Assembly: GCA_963796055.1 (NCBI GenBank)
Contig: CAWCKH010000004.1
Location: forward strand, 704,001 to 768,000
Origin: an uncultured delta proteobacterium
GTDB taxonomy: Bacteria; Myxococcota; Myxococcia; Myxococcales; Myxococcaceae
Length of the DNA: 64,000 nucleotides
Reading direction: 5' to 3'
Shown: positions 1 to 7,467 of the stretch, piece by piece
Layout: each line of letters starts with the position of its first letter
How positions within the stretch are numbered: the stretch's first letter is position 1
Notes under the pieces: model-generated
Database searches by the model: none
The model's input: only the letters and a program-made list of their open reading frames with translations
What the model was told of the DNA's origin: nothing
Made by a program: the position numbers and the translations under genes

Positions 1-1
1 G

Positions 2-76
2 GTGGTGGGGCTCTCCCCGGACGACCTCGAGGTGGTGGAGCAGCTCGACCAGCTGCAGAAGGAGGGCCGGCCATGA
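2..76 (+). CDS. 3' end of a CDS cut by the window edge (possibly an anti-sigma-type membrane protein)
   Basis: Open frame VVGLSPDDLEVVEQLDQLQKEGRP* with GC3-rich codons; its stop overlaps the next start (ATGA at 73-76). Confidence 0.6.
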   Translation: MVGLSPDDLEVVEQLDQLQKEGRP

Positions 77-564
77 GGACCTGGCTGCTGAGCCTGGCGC
101 TGCTCTCTGCCGGGCCCGCCTGGTCCCAGGCGGAAACCTCGCCCGAGGATCCGGGGGCGCGGTTCGACCGGATGAGCGAGCAGGAGAAGGCGCAGCTCCG
201 CGAGCGGCTCCGGCAGTTCAAGGCGCTCCCGCTGGACGAGCAGCTCCGCGTCCAGGCGAACGTCGCGCGCTGGCGGGCGCTCCCGCCCGAGGAGAAGGAG
301 CGGGTGCGGCAGAACCTCCACGCCTTCCAGCAGCTGTCGCCCGACGAGCGGCAGAAGCTGCTCACCCAGTGGCGCGAGTTCCAGAAGCTGACCCCCGAGC
401 AGCGGCAGGACCTGCGCCAGCAGATGCGAGAGTACCTCCGTGCCAATCCCGAGCGCCGGCGGCAGATGCTGGAGAACCTCCGCGAGTGGCGGTCGATGTC
501 CCGGGAGCAGCGGGAGCTGATGCGGCAGCGGCTCCGGGAGATGCGGGAGAGGCGGGGAAAGTGA
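73..564 (+). CDS. DUF3106-like secreted helical repeat protein
   Basis: Signal peptide ending AWS-Q; repeated (W/F)xxL(S/P)P(E/D)(E/Q)(R/K) helical units. Confidence 0.8.
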   Translation: MRTWLLSLALLSAGPAWSQAETSPEDPGARFDRMSEQEKAQLRERLRQFKALPLDEQLRVQANVARWRALPPEEKERVRQNLHAFQQLSPDERQKLLTQWREFQKLTPEQRQDLRQQMREYLRANPERRRQMLENLREWRSMSREQRELMRQRLREMRERRGK

Positions 565-776
565 CGGGACTGCTCGCGGTCCTGCTCCTCCTCTCCGTCG
601 ACGCTGGCACCCCCGGAGCTCCCGATGGAGGCATCGGCCGGCCGACGGCGCCGGCGAGGACCGCCGAGGACGAGGAGATCATCCAGAACCTCGACCTGCT
701 GGAGCACCTCACCGAGGGGCAGGCGCTGGAGATGATGCTCGACCTCGAGGCGGCGCGGACGAAGACGGATCGCTGA
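561..776 (+). CDS. small secreted hypothetical protein (71 aa)
   Basis: GTG start overlaps the upstream stop (GTGA); hydrophobic N-terminus TGLLAVLLLLSV, DAG/DGG linker, acidic helix EDEEIIQNLDLLEHL. Confidence 0.7.
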   Translation: MTGLLAVLLLLSVDAGTPGAPDGGIGRPTAPARTAEDEEIIQNLDLLEHLTEGQALEMMLDLEAARTKTDR

Positions 777-872
777 GCGGAACGATCAGCCAGGTCAGCG
801 TGCGGTGACCCGGGCCATCCCGGCGCGGGCATCCTCGAGCGCCGCGGCGAGGAGCTCGGCGTCCGTCCGGAG

Positions 873-1337
873 CTAGGGACCCCCGCAGCTGTGCGAGTTC
901 GGTCCGCATTCGAGCCCGGAGCAGCACGGGGTGGGGTCGCAGGACTGTCCCAGCTGGGCGCAGGACACCGCGGCCAGGGCGCGTGGGGCGGTGATGAGGA
1001 GGATCGCCGGGATGGCTGCCAGTCCCAGCTGGCGGATCACCCGGCGCCGGGAAAGCGGCGGCTGCGGCCGGGGAACGGGCCTCTCGAGGAGCCGTGCCTT
1101 CCCCAGACGCTCTACGGTGAGACGGACCACCTCGGGGAGCAGCGGGATGCCCTCCTCGGCCAGCGCCTGCCAGATGGCGGTCACCTCGCGCGTCCCATCG
1201 CAAAGCATCCAGATCCGCGCCGCCCGGCCGTCCAGGCACAGCGCCCGGTGGTGCAGCTCGTCGTAGAGCAGCGTCTCGCCCTCGACGTCTTGCCGGAGCA
1301 GGCCGGTGAGGCGTCGCTCTGGACGAAAGCGCGTCAC
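873..1337 (-). CDS. PqqD/RiPP-recognition-element-like protein with internal twin-arginine signal and C-terminal Cys-rich (knottin-pattern) peptide
   Basis: GTG start overlaps the stop of the upstream giant gene; PqqD-like LLRQDVEGETLLYD..HRALCLD..AARIWMLCDGTR..LTVERL..ARLL; then LSRRRVIRQLGLAAIPAILLITAPRALA; then C-x6-C-x4-CC-x4-C-x6-C. Confidence 0.8.
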   Translation of the reverse strand: MTRFRPERRLTGLLRQDVEGETLLYDELHHRALCLDGRAARIWMLCDGTREVTAIWQALAEEGIPLLPEVVRLTVERLGKARLLERPVPRPQPPLSRRRVIRQLGLAAIPAILLITAPRALAAVSCAQLGQSCDPTPCCSGLECGPNSHSCGGP

Positions 1338-4300
1338 CCGCTCGCCCTCCAGCGCCTCCCACCTCGCGCCCGCCGGGCGAGGATCAGGAGGACGAGCCCG
1401 AAGAGCGCCGCCGCGCTCCCCGGAGCGCCCGCGACGGAGCAACCGGTGGACGCAGGTGGCGGCGCCGCCTGCGGCTTCACCACCAGCCGCGCGCTCGGAT
1501 CGCCGAAGAGGTGCCAGGTCCGGCGCAGGTCCGGGTCGGTCACCGCTGACAGGGCACGCCGGGTCGACTCGCCGAGCGTGGCTCCCTCCACCAGGCCACC
1601 GACCAGCACCCGGTGCAGCCGGGCCTGCTGCGAGGAGACCACCATCCCCGACGAGCTCCAGGTCCCCCATGCGCCTCCCTCGGCGCCCAGCAGGGCCTCC
1701 GACAGGCTCTGCCGGTAGAGGTCGTGGAAGAAGCCGGTGAGGCAGGTCATCTGGACGATGAGCCCGGTCTTGCCGCCGTTCACCAGCGCCGCGGCATCGT
1801 CGCTGGACAGCAGATGCCCGTCCCAGAACGACTCCGCGCCGTGCCCCAGGTAGCTGACCAGCGCCGGGCCCCGGTCGAGGGCGACCAGGATGCGCTCGTG
1901 CACCTCGGCGTCGGTCCCGTCGGCGCGGCGTACCACCTCGGTGGTCCAGCCATCGGTGAGCGGTCGCACCTGGCCCAGGGCCTCGCTGAAGTCGGAGACA
2001 TCGTCGCGGTCGGTGATGTGCAGCACCGTCGCCGCGGGGGCGAGCTGCCGCCGGGCGAGGATCTTCTGCACCATCCGCGAGGCATCCTTCGCCGTTCTCG
2101 CCGGCAGGCGGCCCACCGCCAGGGCGGGCTCTCCCGAGCCGTCGAGGTCCGCCAGCGAACCGTCGGAGGCGGTCTCGAGGAACTGGGTCTGCACCAGCAT
2201 CGTGGGGACCCGGTCCTGCCCGGTTCCCAGGTAGTCCTTGGGGTCGAACGATGCGCTGCCCACCAGGAGCAGGAAACGAGGCTGGCGGGTCCATCGCTGC
2301 AGCGCCTCGCGCACCAGCGCCCGGATGGCCTCCGGGTCCTTCTCCCCGGTGGCGAACTCGTCGTAGACGTCGGCCACGTCGATCACCGCCACCTCGAGCC
2401 CCTCGGCCCGTCGCGCCGCCACCAGCGGCTCGAGGGCGGCGGCGAGGCCGGGCTCGGTGACGATCACCAGATCCGCGCCGGGTCCGGAGCGCCAGGTGCT
2501 GGGCACGTTGGGGACCACGGCCTGGGGAGCGCGCACGTCCCCCTCGCGCACCGCGAGCAGCATCCGCTCCCCCTGGGCGGGCGCCGTCACCCATGGCTGG
2601 CCTCCCGGGTCGGTCTCCACCGGCAGCTCGCCGACCCGCAGCGGATCGGTGACGTCGAAGACGTGGGTGTCGGCCGGCAGGAAGCCGTCGAGCTTCGCCC
2701 GGCGACCTCCCTCCAGGGTGAAGCGCAGCGCTCCGGTGCCGGCGGCGATGTGGCGTAGGTAGCTGATGCGCAGCGCCACCTCGAGTGCGACGCCTCCAGT
2801 GTCGAGCGACCGCAGCTCGACCTGGTTGTCGCCCTCCTGGAGAAGTCCGGGCGGGAGGGCGAAGGTGTGCCGGAAGAGGCTCTGGCCCACGCCCTCGGCA
2901 ATCCCCAGCCAGGTCCGGTTGAAGCTCACTCCGACGCTGTGCGAGCCATCGGTGACTCCCTGCAGCTCGACCTCCAGCTGGGTCGAGCCCTGGTTCGCTG
3001 CCACTCCCTCGACGCGGAAGAACCGGGGCTGGGTCGCGGTGTCGAGCACCAGCGGCCCGAAGAACTTCTCGGCGCTCCCGTTCCGGAGGGCCGCGAAGTA
3101 GACCAGATGGTCCTGGATGAGGAGCGTCTCCGGATACAGGGAGGCCTGGCCGGAGGGGGCGGTCACCAGCAGGGTGGGAAGGGTGCTCCCCGGTCCCATC
3201 GCCGCCGTGAGCCAGTAGACTGCGGTTCTCGTCGAACGGGTTTCCAGGCCGAGGCCGTAGAACTCCACCGCGTCGCCCGGCTCGAGCGTGGACCCGGCAG
3301 CGCGCACGCGAAGCGGGATGCTCTCCGCGGCGCGCCAGAGCGACAGCTGCTGCACCGGGGTGCCGAGGGGGATGCCGGCGGCGGCGAGCTGCTCGGCGGA
3401 CACCCGGTACCAGCCCTCGTCGCGGACCACCAGCTTCGCCGCGGGGGCGGCGGCGAGCTTCGCTTGCCGGTCTCGATCGACGAAAGCCCGCGGCGCCACC
3501 GCCCGCGGAAAGCGGGGCGCACGTTCCATCCGCGCCGCCCCCGCCCCGAGCGCCAGCGCCTCGGCGGCGCGATCCAGCCGCGCGGTCTGCGTTCCGCTCC
3601 GGACCGCCTCATTCCGGGGCAGCGGCTCGACGACCTCCGACCAGGTGCTCCGGCCCTGCAGGTCGATCGCCTCGAGCAGGTAGGACGCTCCCGGAGGAGC
3701 CTGCGCGCTCTCCCAGGAATACCCCCGGGCGTCGGGAACCCGTGCCCGCGTCCGGAGCGCCGGACCCTCGAGCAATCCGGGGGTCAGCAGCGTCCTGCGC
3801 CCGCGCCACAGCTGCCACACCCGGTACCCGATGATCCGGAGCTCGTCCGCACCTCGCCAGGAGAGGCGGACCCCGTCGGGCCCGACCGAGCCCTGCGTCG
3901 CCATGAAGCGGACGGCATTGGGGTCCACCGGGCTGAGGGCCAGGGCCAGATAGGCCCAGTTGCCCCCCGCCGCCGGCGTCCAGCTCAGGGTGTTGGTCCC
4001 GGTGCCCGCGGCGGCCACGCTGGAGGCGCCACCGCGCAGCGTGCCGGCGGCGAGGTTCCAGGTGGCGGTCTGCCCGGTGCCGGGAGCCAGCGGCGGCGCG
4101 GCCGGTGCAGCCAGCGCGTCGAGGACGATCTGCCCCGCGGCGGAGAGGACGCCGAGGCTCACCGTCCCACCGGTACCGGCCCCGCTCACCGGGACGGTGG
4201 TCGGGTCGCGCTGGTTGATGCCGGTGAACGACTCCGAGCCGGCGACGATGTTCGCCACCGCACTGGTGGTGACGGTGACCGTCGCCGTGCCCGGCGCGGG

Positions 4301-6859
4301 CTGCTTGAGGCCGAAGAACGACACCCGGGTGTTCCCCTGGGCCGCGGTGCCGAGCTGGGTGAGGGGCACGCCTCCGTAGCTGACCGAGGAGACCGCCGCC
4401 ACGCCGTCGTTGGACACCCCCACCACCAGGAAGCGATCGTTGCCGCTGGCCACGGTGTGCGGCCAGCTGGCCGTGCTCTGTCCGGAGACGGCCACCGAGC
4501 CGACCTGGCAGGCGTCCCCCACTCCGTCGGAGTTGGAGTCGGTCTGCGCGGGGTTGAACACCGCGGGACAGTTGTCACCGCCGTTGGGCACCCCGTCGTT
4601 GTCCGCGTCGGGGGCAAAGGTGGCGGTCACGGTCTGGGTGGCGCTGGCCACGATGTTGTGGCTCTGCCCCCCGGAGTCCGACCAGCTCTGGAAGACGTGG
4701 GGGATGCCCTGGAGGTAGGCCGGCGAGGCCGCGCCGATGGAGTTGGTGGTGCCCTGGATCACCGTCCGGGTGAAGGGAGCGACCGCCGTCTCCGGTCCCA
4801 GGGTGAGCAGCGCCCCGGGGGGGACGGAGTCGACGGTGAGCAGGACCGTCTTCGGCTGGAGGTTGACCGAGGTCTGCCGGGTGAGCCCCCCGGAGTCGGT
4901 CACCGAGAGAATGACCTCGAGGTACGACGGGTAGTCGTGCTCGGGCCCGGGGAAGCTGGCCGAGGCCACCCCGTCGAAGTGGGCCCAGTCGTGGGTGTGG
5001 CAGCTGCCACCCGGGCAATGGTGGATGACCACGTCCCAGTGGAGCGCGGAGGCCGGCAGTGCCCCGTCCTCGGCGTCGGTGGCGTGACCGGAGAAGGTGA
5101 TGCTGTCGCCGACCGCCCAGGTGAGGGAAGGCGACGGCGTGTCGATGACCGGGAGGGGAGGGGTGTTGTCGACGTCGATGGTGACCGAGGCGGTGTCGAA
5201 GGCCCCGAAGGCATCGGTCACCCGGACCGAGGCGGGGTGTGAGCCTGCGCCATAGGTGAACGAGGCAGTGGGCGCGTCCGGCGCGTCGGTGAACAGGCCG
5301 TTGCCGTCCAGGTCCCAGGCGAAGCTGAGCGGCGCCGTGCCGGTGGATGCGGAGGCATCGAAGGCGACGGTGAGCGGCGATGTCCCGCTGGTGGGCGTGG
5401 CGGTGAGGCTGGCCACCGGGGCCCCGTACTGGATCCGCCAGATCCTCCCGCCCACGATGTCGGCAAAGTAGATGTCCCCTCCCGGACCGGCCTGGACGTC
5501 GACGGGGTACGAGGCGTTGCTGGTGAAGACCTGGATCTGGGCGGGATCCGGCAGCCCGTTGGGTCCGGGCAGCATGGCCCAGATGCAGCGCACCGAATAG
5601 TCGGCGAAGAAGAGCGCGTCCCGGAACTGCGGCGGGTACGCGCTGCCCTCGTAGAAGGCCAGCCCGGAGATGGAGGCGCTGCCGCTGGTGCAGACCCCGG
5701 TGTCCCAGCCGGGGGCGCGTCCGTGCTGGTAGGCGTACCAGGGAAAGTCGAGCCTGGTGGGGAAGAAGGTTCCCCCGTCGAAGGGGCCGAGGGGAATCCC
5801 GCCGTCCAGGTTGGTCCCGGTTCCGGCGTCCATCTTGTACATCGCGGTGCAGAAGGGAAAGACGTTGTAACCGCTCTCCTTCTCGATGTTTTCCCAGCAG
5901 GGCCAGCCGAAGTTCGTCACCGGGGACTGGTGGGCGTCCGGGAGGCGGTGGATCTCCTCCCACTTGTTCCAGCCCACGTTGCCGATCCACAGTTCGCTGG
6001 TGCCGGGGCGCATCGTCATCCGGAAGGGATTGCGCAGTCCCACCGCGACGACGCGGTCCGCCGCGGGAAGCCGATTGAACAGCGGGTTGTCGGGGGGCGC
6101 CGTGCCGTCCAGCGGGTCGAGCCGGAGGAGGCTGCCGGAGAAGGTCATCGAGTCCGACGGGGTGAGGAGGTCCTGCGAGCGCAGCGCCCCTCCCTGTCCC
6201 TGCGGATCGCCGCAGGGGTTCCCGGCGTCGGCGGCGAAGGAGTCCCCCTGGTCGGCGAAGACGTAGCTCGCTCCGTCCCCGGCGGAGAGGTACAGCATCC
6301 CGTCCGCCCCGAAGACCAGATCGCCGATCGAGTGACTGGCGTATTGCTGGCACCACTGCCTCTCGATCAGCGGCTGCTCGGGGCCCACCAGCTGGTTGCT
6401 GGCGTCGACGTTCAGCCGCGACAGCCGACCGGTGATGAAGCAGTAGCCGCCGTTGACCCCGCCGGTGCAGGAGCTGCCGTCGTTGGGGTACGTCCCGCCA
6501 TCCGGCGCCTGGGCGGCGGAGTAGAGGATGTAGACGTAGGGGATGGCCGGGAACGCCGGATGGATGGCGAGCCCGAGGAGCCCACGATCGCCTCCGTTGA
6601 ACACCTTGTCGCGGATGTCCAGCACCACATCGGGCGTGGAGTCGGTGAGACCATCGAAGACCTTGAGCACGCCCTTGCGCTCGGCGACGAAGACTCGCCC
6701 GTCGGGGGCGAAGCGGAAGGCGACCGGATTGTCCAGCCCGCTGAAGATGCTCGTCTGGCTGAAGTTGGGCGAGTAGAGCTGCGCCCGGGCCAGGCCGGCG
6801 AGCAGCGCGACGGCAAGCGCGACCGAGCAGCGCAGTCGCAGACCTCGCCGTCCACCCAT
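1334..6859 (-). CDS. large secreted multidomain protein: glucose/sorbosone dehydrogenase-like beta-propeller + PKD + thrombospondin type-3 repeat + C25 (gingipain-like) cysteine peptidase + MYXO-CTERM-like anchor
   Basis: Signal peptide ending LARA-Q; GSDH motifs PDGRVFVAER, DRGLLGLAIHPAF, FGADGMLYLSAGDG, GLRNPFR; PKD WDLDGNG; TSP3 DADNDGVPNGGDNCPAVFNPAQTDSNSDGVGDAC; C25 motifs FLLLVG, LAVGRLP, YLGHG, MTCLTG, LFGDP; C-terminal GCSVAG + TM helix + RR. Confidence 0.85.
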   Translation of the reverse strand: MGGRRGLRLRCSVALAVALLAGLARAQLYSPNFSQTSIFSGLDNPVAFRFAPDGRVFVAERKGVLKVFDGLTDSTPDVVLDIRDKVFNGGDRGLLGLAIHPAFPAIPYVYILYSAAQAPDGGTYPNDGSSCTGGVNGGYCFITGRLSRLNVDASNQLVGPEQPLIERQWCQQYASHSIGDLVFGADGMLYLSAGDGASYVFADQGDSFAADAGNPCGDPQGQGGALRSQDLLTPSDSMTFSGSLLRLDPLDGTAPPDNPLFNRLPAADRVVAVGLRNPFRMTMRPGTSELWIGNVGWNKWEEIHRLPDAHQSPVTNFGWPCWENIEKESGYNVFPFCTAMYKMDAGTGTNLDGGIPLGPFDGGTFFPTRLDFPWYAYQHGRAPGWDTGVCTSGSASISGLAFYEGSAYPPQFRDALFFADYSVRCIWAMLPGPNGLPDPAQIQVFTSNASYPVDVQAGPGGDIYFADIVGGRIWRIQYGAPVASLTATPTSGTSPLTVAFDASASTGTAPLSFAWDLDGNGLFTDAPDAPTASFTYGAGSHPASVRVTDAFGAFDTASVTIDVDNTPPLPVIDTPSPSLTWAVGDSITFSGHATDAEDGALPASALHWDVVIHHCPGGSCHTHDWAHFDGVASASFPGPEHDYPSYLEVILSVTDSGGLTRQTSVNLQPKTVLLTVDSVPPGALLTLGPETAVAPFTRTVIQGTTNSIGAASPAYLQGIPHVFQSWSDSGGQSHNIVASATQTVTATFAPDADNDGVPNGGDNCPAVFNPAQTDSNSDGVGDACQVGSVAVSGQSTASWPHTVASGNDRFLVVGVSNDGVAAVSSVSYGGVPLTQLGTAAQGNTRVSFFGLKQPAPGTATVTVTTSAVANIVAGSESFTGINQRDPTTVPVSGAGTGGTVSLGVLSAAGQIVLDALAAPAAPPLAPGTGQTATWNLAAGTLRGGASSVAAAGTGTNTLSWTPAAGGNWAYLALALSPVDPNAVRFMATQGSVGPDGVRLSWRGADELRIIGYRVWQLWRGRRTLLTPGLLEGPALRTRARVPDARGYSWESAQAPPGASYLLEAIDLQGRSTWSEVVEPLPRNEAVRSGTQTARLDRAAEALALGAGAARMERAPRFPRAVAPRAFVDRDRQAKLAAAPAAKLVVRDEGWYRVSAEQLAAAGIPLGTPVQQLSLWRAAESIPLRVRAAGSTLEPGDAVEFYGLGLETRSTRTAVYWLTAAMGPGSTLPTLLVTAPSGQASLYPETLLIQDHLVYFAALRNGSAEKFFGPLVLDTATQPRFFRVEGVAANQGSTQLEVELQGVTDGSHSVGVSFNRTWLGIAEGVGQSLFRHTFALPPGLLQEGDNQVELRSLDTGGVALEVALRISYLRHIAAGTGALRFTLEGGRRAKLDGFLPADTHVFDVTDPLRVGELPVETDPGGQPWVTAPAQGERMLLAVREGDVRAPQAVVPNVPSTWRSGPGADLVIVTEPGLAAALEPLVAARRAEGLEVAVIDVADVYDEFATGEKDPEAIRALVREALQRWTRQPRFLLLVGSASFDPKDYLGTGQDRVPTMLVQTQFLETASDGSLADLDGSGEPALAVGRLPARTAKDASRMVQKILARRQLAPAATVLHITDRDDVSDFSEALGQVRPLTDGWTTEVVRRADGTDAEVHERILVALDRGPALVSYLGHGAESFWDGHLLSSDDAAALVNGGKTGLIVQMTCLTGFFHDLYRQSLSEALLGAEGGAWGTWSSSGMVVSSQQARLHRVLVGGLVEGATLGESTRRALSAVTDPDLRRTWHLFGDPSARLVVKPQAAPPPASTGCSVAGAPGSAAALFGLVLLILARRARGGRRWRASG

Positions 6860-6919
6860 CGGGAGCACCCCCGAACGGCGAGTAGTTCTCTGCTCGCAAC
6901 GCCGCTGCAAGTGGGTCTC

Positions 6920-7332
6920 TCACGACCCGACGCATTGCCCACGGTCAGAGCCACGGGGTGACCTCTCGTCGGACGCGCCCTCGCTGAGGACCTCCCGCGA
7001 GAGCTGCTCGATGCCGCCTCCGGTCCTCTCCAGCACCTCGGCCAGCCGCTCCACCACCGCGTCGAGAAGTCCGGTGAGGACCTTGAGAGGTGTCGTGCTC
7101 GGCCGGCTTCGCGTCGGGCCGGGCGGCGAACACCTGGAACGCGACCGGGTTCGCGTAGCGCACGGTCACCAGCCGCTCGGGGGTGAGGATGAAGCTCACC
7201 GCCGTGCTCTGGGGCTGTGGGGTGTCGGACCGGACGAGAAAGCGTCGCGGTCATGAACAGCACGTCCTTCTCCTGGTAGAGGCGGCTCGACGGCTCCAGG
7301 GCCTCCATCTCGTCGCGGGTGGGGATCTCCTG
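6920..7332 (-). pseudogene. corA: CorA-family magnesium transporter remnant
   Basis: Three consecutive frames join into EIPTRDEMEALEPSSRLYQEKDVLFMTATL / VSFILTPERLVTVRYANPVAF / VLTGLLDAVVERLAEVLE; frameshifts near 7240 and 7088; no N-terminus and no C-terminal GMN/TM region. Confidence 0.75.
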
Positions 7333-7467
7333 GCCGATAGGCGAAGCGCTGTCAGCCAAGAGTACGTGCTTCTTGCACTTTCTCTCTGCTTCCATGACTG
7401 CATCGCATGGACACTAGAATCCAATCCGGCCGCGGAGCTGCTGGCAGACTGTTAGGATTGCCGCACT

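Noticed and set aside
873..6859. PQQ biosynthesis cluster (PqqD next to a PQQ-type dehydrogenase domain)
   Set aside because: No pqqA (ExxxY), pqqB, pqqC or pqqE nearby, and the PqqD-like protein carries an RR-signal and Cys tail not found in true PqqD.
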